This document shows, in pieces, positions 62,386 through 64,000 of a stretch of DNA of 64,000 nucleotides. Below the pieces are notes generated by a model, which saw only the letters and a list, made by a program, of their open reading frames with translations, was not told the origin of the DNA and made no database searches. The stretch comes from an uncultured candidate division Zixibacteria bacterium. Its GTDB lineage: Bacteria; Zixibacteria; MSB-5A5; RBG-16-43-9. The translations under genes and the position numbers were made by a program. The DNA lies in assembly GCA_963713865.1 (NCBI GenBank), contig OY970208.1, positions 1,216,001 to 1,280,000 of the forward strand. The letters are read 5' to 3'. Position 1 is the stretch's first letter. Every line of letters starts with the position of its first letter.

Positions 62386-62988
62386 ATGGAAGATAATACA
62401 GAAAAACATTATCGCAGATCAATTCGATTGAAGGAATATGATTATTCGCAGGCAGGAGGGTATTTTATAACGATTTGCACACATAATTGGAAAAACATTT
62501 TTGGTAAGGTAGTAAATGGTGAAATGATATTGAATAAATATGGGAAGATTGTGAATGAATTCTGGAGAGAAATCCCAATTCATTTTCAAAATGTGGAAAT
62601 TGACTGGTTTGTTGTTATGCCTAATCACGTACGTGGAATAATGATTATTAGCGATAGATCGGAGGTAGGGGCAATTCATGAATTGCCCCTACAAAATATT
62701 AAAAACGCAAGACGTAAAATGTTATTGCCCAAAGTTATTGGTTATTATAAAATGAATTCAACAAAGCAGATAAATATTATAAAGAATACTCCAGGAATTC
62801 CTATATGGCAGAGAAATTATTATGAACATATTATACGGAACGAAGAAAAATTATACAAAATCAGACAATATATTCAGAACAATCCCTTAAAATGGCACTT
62901 GGATAGGGAAAATCTGGAAAGAGTTGGTGCAGATAAATTCGAAGAAGAAATCTTTAGATCAAAGATAGCATATAAGGTGAATAAATGA
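62386..62988 (+). mobile_element. REP-associated tyrosine transposase (RAYT, Y1/IS200-like HUH)
   Basis: RRSIRL..YDYSQ.G.YFITICT, VVMPNHVR, WQRNYYEHIIRNE, and YI.NNP..W motifs. Confidence 0.88.
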
Positions 62989-64000
62989 CAGATAAGCAAA
63001 GAACATTTTTATTAGGTGCTGGATTCTCCAAAGCAGTGGCTGATGGTCCCCTGATGAACAAAATCTGGGAGTATATAGAAAAGGCACACGAGAATGAAAA
63101 GAATAGAAAAGTATCAATAATTGGAAAAAATAAAAGACTGAATTGGTTTAATAAATTAGATGATTTCATAAAAAGATTAGAAGGAGAAGCAACTCTTGGG
63201 TTTGATAAGAGTAACTTTGATGAGATTAGAGTGGGAGTAAGAGAGAATTTAGAATATCTGTTTACTATTATTGACCTTCACTTAAATGGACCTAAAATAA
63301 AGTTTAAGAGAAAAGGTTGGGACATTGAGCCTTATCCTGCAATACCTCTGAGCTTTACAAATAGAACCGAATTGAAAGAAATAAAAAGGAATTTATTAAC
63401 TTACCTCTATATAATATTTGAAAAACTTAAAGGAAACGATTTGGTTGATAAATTTGCTACTAAGATAATAAATGAAAAAGATGAGATTATTACGTTTAAT
63501 TATGATTTAGTATTAGAAAAGGCATTATGGAGAAGAAATATCTGGTCTCCACTGAATGGATATGTTGGGGTCAATAGATTTAGAAGTGAAAAAGATGAAA
63601 AAGAACTGAAAAAAGCTAAGAGATATTCGAAAACAAGAATTCATAAGATGCATGGTTCTGTTTGTTGGTTTACTCCAGAGTATTTAATGAACCGACCCGA
63701 TTCTTTTATATCTATAGACTTAGATAATAATGAAAATTGGGGATTTCACTTTAATGGTTTAGAAAAAACCCTTAAACGTGATCCAGTCCAACCAACAATG
63801 AAAATGGAAAGAGAAGTTAGAGGGGGATGGGGAGGTAAGCATTATCCACCTTGGATTTTACCATCTTTTATTAAGCCATTCGGGTACAAGGAATTCTATG
63901 AAATATGGAAGTCCGCATTTAAGGTTATTTCAAAAACAAATGAGCTTGTTATAATTGGATATAGTTTCAGACCAGAGGATTCCAGTGCACAACTTTTAAT
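62985..64000 (+). CDS. SIR2-like (SIR2_2) domain protein, 3' end outside window
   Basis: Manual translation from ATG at 62985 (ATGA overlap with RAYT): MTDKQRTFLLGAGFSKA...IITFNYDLVLE...KMHGSVCW...ILPS..K...LVIIGYSFRPED; open to the window end. Confidence 0.82.
   Translation, partial: MTDKQRTFLLGAGFSKAVADGPLMNKIWEYIEKAHENEKNRKVSIIGKNKRLNWFNKLDDFIKRLEGEATLGFDKSNFDEIRVGVRENLEYLFTIIDLHLNGPKIKFKRKGWDIEPYPAIPLSFTNRTELKEIKRNLLTYLYIIFEKLKGNDLVDKFATKIINEKDEIITFNYDLVLEKALWRRNIWSPLNGYVGVNRFRSEKDEKELKKAKRYSKTRIHKMHGSVCWFTPEYLMNRPDSFISIDLDNNENWGFHFNGLEKTLKRDPVQPTMKMEREVRGGWGGKHYPPWILPSFIKPFGYKEFYEIWKSAFKVISKTNELVIIGYSFRPEDSSAQLL

Noticed and set aside
2575-62692. CRISPR array
   Set aside because: The repeats are dispersed palindromes without regular spacers; no cas genes.

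Overview
This AT-rich bacterial chromosome segment is most consistent with candidate phylum Zixibacteria. That is an inference from three secreted proteins ending in the paired 'GD.N.D...[12 protein letters not shown]' dockerin-like module. Housekeeping content: an EndoQ-like PHP gene, an M1 aminopeptidase, glmM, a complete Pho cluster (phoBR, porin-pstS-pstCAB-phoU, two Pho-box-like arrays, and mgsA plus an epimerase inserted), glmS, rpmE-DUF1385-prfA-(tldDE)-prmC, tdh, a sugar ABC transporter, L,D-transpeptidase, pbpG-like, HD-GYP and nurA. Intergenic space is packed with at least eight REP-like palindrome families, and a REP-associated tyrosine transposase (RAYT) is present. Main candidates for a second look: (1) an isolated, intact phage-head-like trio (HK97-type prohead protease fusion, small TM protein, scaffold-like protein) with no prophage around it, possibly part of a dispersed GTA-like system; (2) a four-gene DUF6754 membrane module upstream of DUF1611/DgcN, a possible undescribed transporter; (3) seven +1 frameshifts that each revert to CCAGAC, probably basecalling errors at a host methylation motif; (4) nurA-RAYT-Sir2 at the right edge; (5) a Gly/Ser/Tyr repeat fibre with a dockerin partner. 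All family assignments come from motif recognition by eye; no database searches were run.
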